DNA from: Eledone cirrhosa
Lineage: Eukaryota
DNA: 64,000 nt
Direction: 5' to 3'
NCBI GenBank assembly: GCA_964016885.1
Contig: OZ024749.1
Coordinates: 33,976,001-34,040,000, forward strand
In this document: positions 60,122 to 64,000 of the stretch, piece after piece
How the letters are laid out: every line of letters starts with the position of its first letter
Position numbering within the stretch: the stretch's first letter is position 1
Translations under genes and position numbers: made by a program
Notes under the pieces: generated by a model
What the model saw: only the letters and a program-made list of their open reading frames with translations
What the model was told of the DNA's origin: nothing
Databases searched by the model: none

Positions 60122-61235
60122 ATTATTTTACATACGGCCCTCTGTACCAGTAATGCACTGGGATAATTGCTGGCCTGGTGCCAAAAGTAGAAACAATTAT
60201 TTTACATACGGCCCTTTGTGGTCTGAGTTCAAATCCCGCCGAGGTTAACTTTGTACCAGTAATGCACTGGGATAATTGCTGGCCTGGTGCCAAAAGTAGA
60301 AACAATTATTTTACATACGGCCCTTTGTGGTCTGAGCTCAAATCCCGCCGAGGTTAACTTTGTACCAGTAATGCACTGGGTTAATTGCTGGCCTGGTGCC
60401 AAAAGTAGAAACAATTATTTTACATACGGCCCTTTGTGGTCTGAGCACAAATCCCGCCGAGGTTAACTTTGTACCAGTAATGCACTGGGTTAATTGCTGG
60501 CCTGGTGCCAAAAGTAGAAACAATTATTTTACATACGGCCCTTTGTGGTCTGAGCTCAAATCCCGCCGAGGTTAACTTTGCCTTTCATCCTAACGGGGTC
60601 GATAAAATAAAGTACCAGTAATACACTGGAATAATTGCTGGCCTTGTGCCAAAAGTAGAAACAATTATTTTACATACGGCCCTTCGTGGTCTGAGCTCAA
60701 ATCCCGCCGAGGTTAACTTTGCCTTTCATCCTTACGGGGTCGATAAAATAAAGTACCAGTAATACACTGGGATAATTGCTGGCCTTGTGCCAAAAGTAGA
60801 AACAATTATTTTTACATTGTGATTGGCAGTGGATTGGCAGTAATTGGTAGAGCGTCGGACACCATGACTTGCAGTATAGAGTTACGGCCCTTTACATTCT
60901 GAGTTCAAATCCCGCCGAGGTTAGCTTTGCCTTTCTTCCTTACGGGTTCGATAAAATAAAGCACCAGTAATGCGCTGGGGTCGATTTAATCGACTTTCTC
61001 CTCCCACAAATTGCTGGCCTTATTCCTATAATAGAAATCATTATTTTACATCATCATTGTTATAAACAGAGGGTCGGACACCACGCTTTCCAGCATAGAG
61101 TTACGGCCCTTTATGGACCGAGTTAAAATCCCGCCATGGTTAACTTTGCCTTTCATCCTTACGGAGTCGATACAATAAAGTACCAGTAATCTACTGCGGT
61201 ATGTGCTGACCTTGTGCCAAAAGTAGAAACATACT
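60122..61235 (+). repeat. Tandem array of SINE family 1 3' halves (109-bp deleted units, then ~141-bp units) plus two further SINE copies
   Basis: Period 60196/60305/60414/60523; units lack the A-box head. Confidence 0.92.
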
Positions 61236-63907
61236 TTTTTCATTAAACCATCACAAATATACTCATCTTCATCTCCTCCATCAGCATCAATAGCATCACC
61301 ACCACGCTCAGCAGCAGCAGCAGCAGCATAATCATCGAAGTCGTGATCATCGTCATCATCATTTATCCTGTTGTCATCATCAATGACGTCACTAATCTGT
61401 CTCCTATAACAACGGTCGATCATTAACACCACCACCACCACCACCATCATCAAGACCACTATTATTACAACCATCCTCATCACCACCACCATCATCATCA
61501 CTATTACTACCATCATCACCACCACCACCACTATTATTACTACCATCATCACCACCACCACTATTACTACCATCATCACCACCACCACCACCACCACTAT
61601 TACTACCATCATCACCACCACCATCATCACCACTATTACTACCATCACCACCACCACCATCATCACCACTATTACTACCATCACCACCACCACCATCATC
61701 ATCACTATTACTACCATCACCACCACCACCATCATCATCACTATTACTACCATCACCACCACCACCATCATCATCACTATTACTACCATCATCACCACCA
61801 CCACCATCACCACTATTACTACCATCACCACCACCATCACCACCACCACCACCACCACCATCACCACCACCATCATCATCACCACTATCATCAGTGCAAT
61901 TACCATCACTACCTTCACCACCACCACCACAATTATCACGACCACAATCATAACCACCACTATCTTCACCGCCATCATCACCACCATCATCATCATCACT
62001 ACTACTACCACCATCACCACCACCACCACCGCCACCACTATCCTCACCACTACCATCACCACCACCACCATCATCAGTACCGCCAGCGCTGTGTTAATGA
62101 CTTATAAACATCGCTACGTCCTTCATTAAAGCAACTTCCCAATCAGAAGCACCGCCATTACCACCGCCACTACCACCACCATTACCACCACCATTACCAC
62201 CGCCATTACCACCGCCACTACCACCGCCACTACTACCGCCACTACCACCAAAGCCACTCAGCTATTAGTACCACAACAACAACAATTATATATATAGCAA
62301 TACTACAACCACCACACACATTAATTCTATCACTAACATCAACAGCAACAACAACAATAAAACTACAACATAAACTACAACATACAAATGATAAACATGA
62401 TGACGTTACAACTACGCCACCACCACCACCATCAACACCGTTCATATTACTACCACCACCACTACTACCATTACTACTAATACTAATACTATAATTAAAT
62501 GTATCACAACATTATCACCTCACTACCACCACCACCACCACCGTTGATCCACCAATACTACTACTACTACAACTACTACGACGACAACTACTATTACTAA
62601 TACGACGACTACTACTATTACTACTACTACGACTACTACTATTACTACTACTGCTACTACTAACACCAACAGTACGACGACTACCAATACTACTACGACA
62701 ACGACTACTACTACTACGACTACTACTAATATTACTAATACTACTATTACTCCTGCTACTACAACAACAACCATCAACAGTACAACCACTACTACTACTA
62801 CTACTACTATTACTACTACTACTACTACTACTATTACCACTACTACTACCACTACTACTACTACTATTACCACTACTACTACTACTACTACTGTTACCAC
62901 TACTACTACTACTACTACAATAAACAATATCAATGGTACCAACAACACCGCCATTGCTAGCAACATCACCACCTTCGCCACCACCTTCGCCTAATACACG
63001 AGGTTTAATGAATTGTAATATCTTTGAAGAGACAGTTAACAGAGACTATTGCAGTGTTTCAAAGACAGCAAGAAACGACAAAAACAGAGCCATAACACAT
63101 TATAAGCAGCTAATCACTATGTATGGATGGCTGGAAGTATGGAAGTATGGATGGATGGATGTAGGGATGTAGGGATGTAGGGATGGATGGATGGATGGAT
63201 GGATGGATGTAGGGATGGATGGATGAATTGAGATATATATGTGTGTGTGTACGGATAGATGTACGTATATATATGGGGATGTATGGATGGATTTATATAT
63301 GTATGTATGTATGGATGGATTGACATGTGTGTGTGTGTCTGTGTACGTATGGATGGATGCATTTGTGTATGTATGTGTGGATGAACGGATGCAACAACAG
63401 GAACAGTCTTCGTTGGAACTGACGGAAGTTCAATACACAACACGTTTGTGTATATAAATATCTATATGTATATATGTATGTGTGTATGTGTGTGTATGTG
63501 TGTGTATGTGTGTGTATGTGTGTGTATGTATATATATGCATTAATGTGTATATATGAATGTACATATATGTGTGCGTGTTTGTGTATATATAAAGATGCA
63601 TACATTACATACATGCATACATATAAACACACACACATACACTCACACACATACACACAAGGACACAAAACATATATATAAATATAATTACAAATGGAAT
63701 AATGACCAGGTGAGAGAAGAAATGAAGCACATGGGGAAAATAAGCTAGAATGGACAGCCTTTAGTCATACGTATTAATGAAAGTGTTCTTGAGAAACAGA
63801 CAAAATGAAGCGGTAAGTAGGGGATCTCTTTAAATAACGATTCTATTGACTCTATTTCCTTCTTTCACGTGAACCATATACTCTCACGAAAACTGTTCTA
63901 AAAGTGT

Positions 63908-64000
63908 TAGTGGATTGGCAGTATCGGTAGAGGGTCGGACGCCATGCTTTCCAGCATAGCTACGTCCCTTTACGATCTGAGTTCAAATCCCGCCGAGGTT
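63908..64000 (+). mobile_element. tRNA-derived SINE family 1 (runs off the window)
   Basis: A box and B box present. Confidence 0.9.

Noticed and set aside
61046-62984. Poly-V/M, poly-T and poly-S ORFs (also 30369-30818, 47043-47482, 50542-51533)
   Set aside because: Trinucleotide repeat translations without splice or domain support.

Overview
Eukaryotic, gene-poor, extremely microsatellite-rich window ((TA)n, (CATA)n, (CA)n, (GA)n, trinucleotide runs) with one 200-N gap. The tRNA-derived SINE families and overall texture look like an Octopus (coleoid cephalopod) genome; this is inferred from recalled SINE sequence. Nearly all ORFs in the track are microsatellite translation artefacts and I cannot support any intact host gene. 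Recognisable content: many tRNA-SINE copies, RTE and R4/Dong-like LINE fragments, a Helitron-like element, a tiny Tc1/mariner-type MITE, minisatellites and a 2.4-kb tandem duplication. The most striking signal is about 20 type-I hammerhead ribozyme (HHR) motifs or half-motifs from about 12 unrelated sequence families. Most lie in short Penelope-like-element (PLE) 3'-end fragments inserted in (TA)n, and many of these are fold-back palindromes whose axis falls on or near the ribozyme helices or core. Three families carry the compensatory U3:A8 core (TTGANAA). Two same-strand HHRs 342 nt apart form a retrozyme/circRNA candidate. A separate set of inverted duplications is centred on TA tracts themselves. 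All structures were paired by eye; no folding or database search was run.
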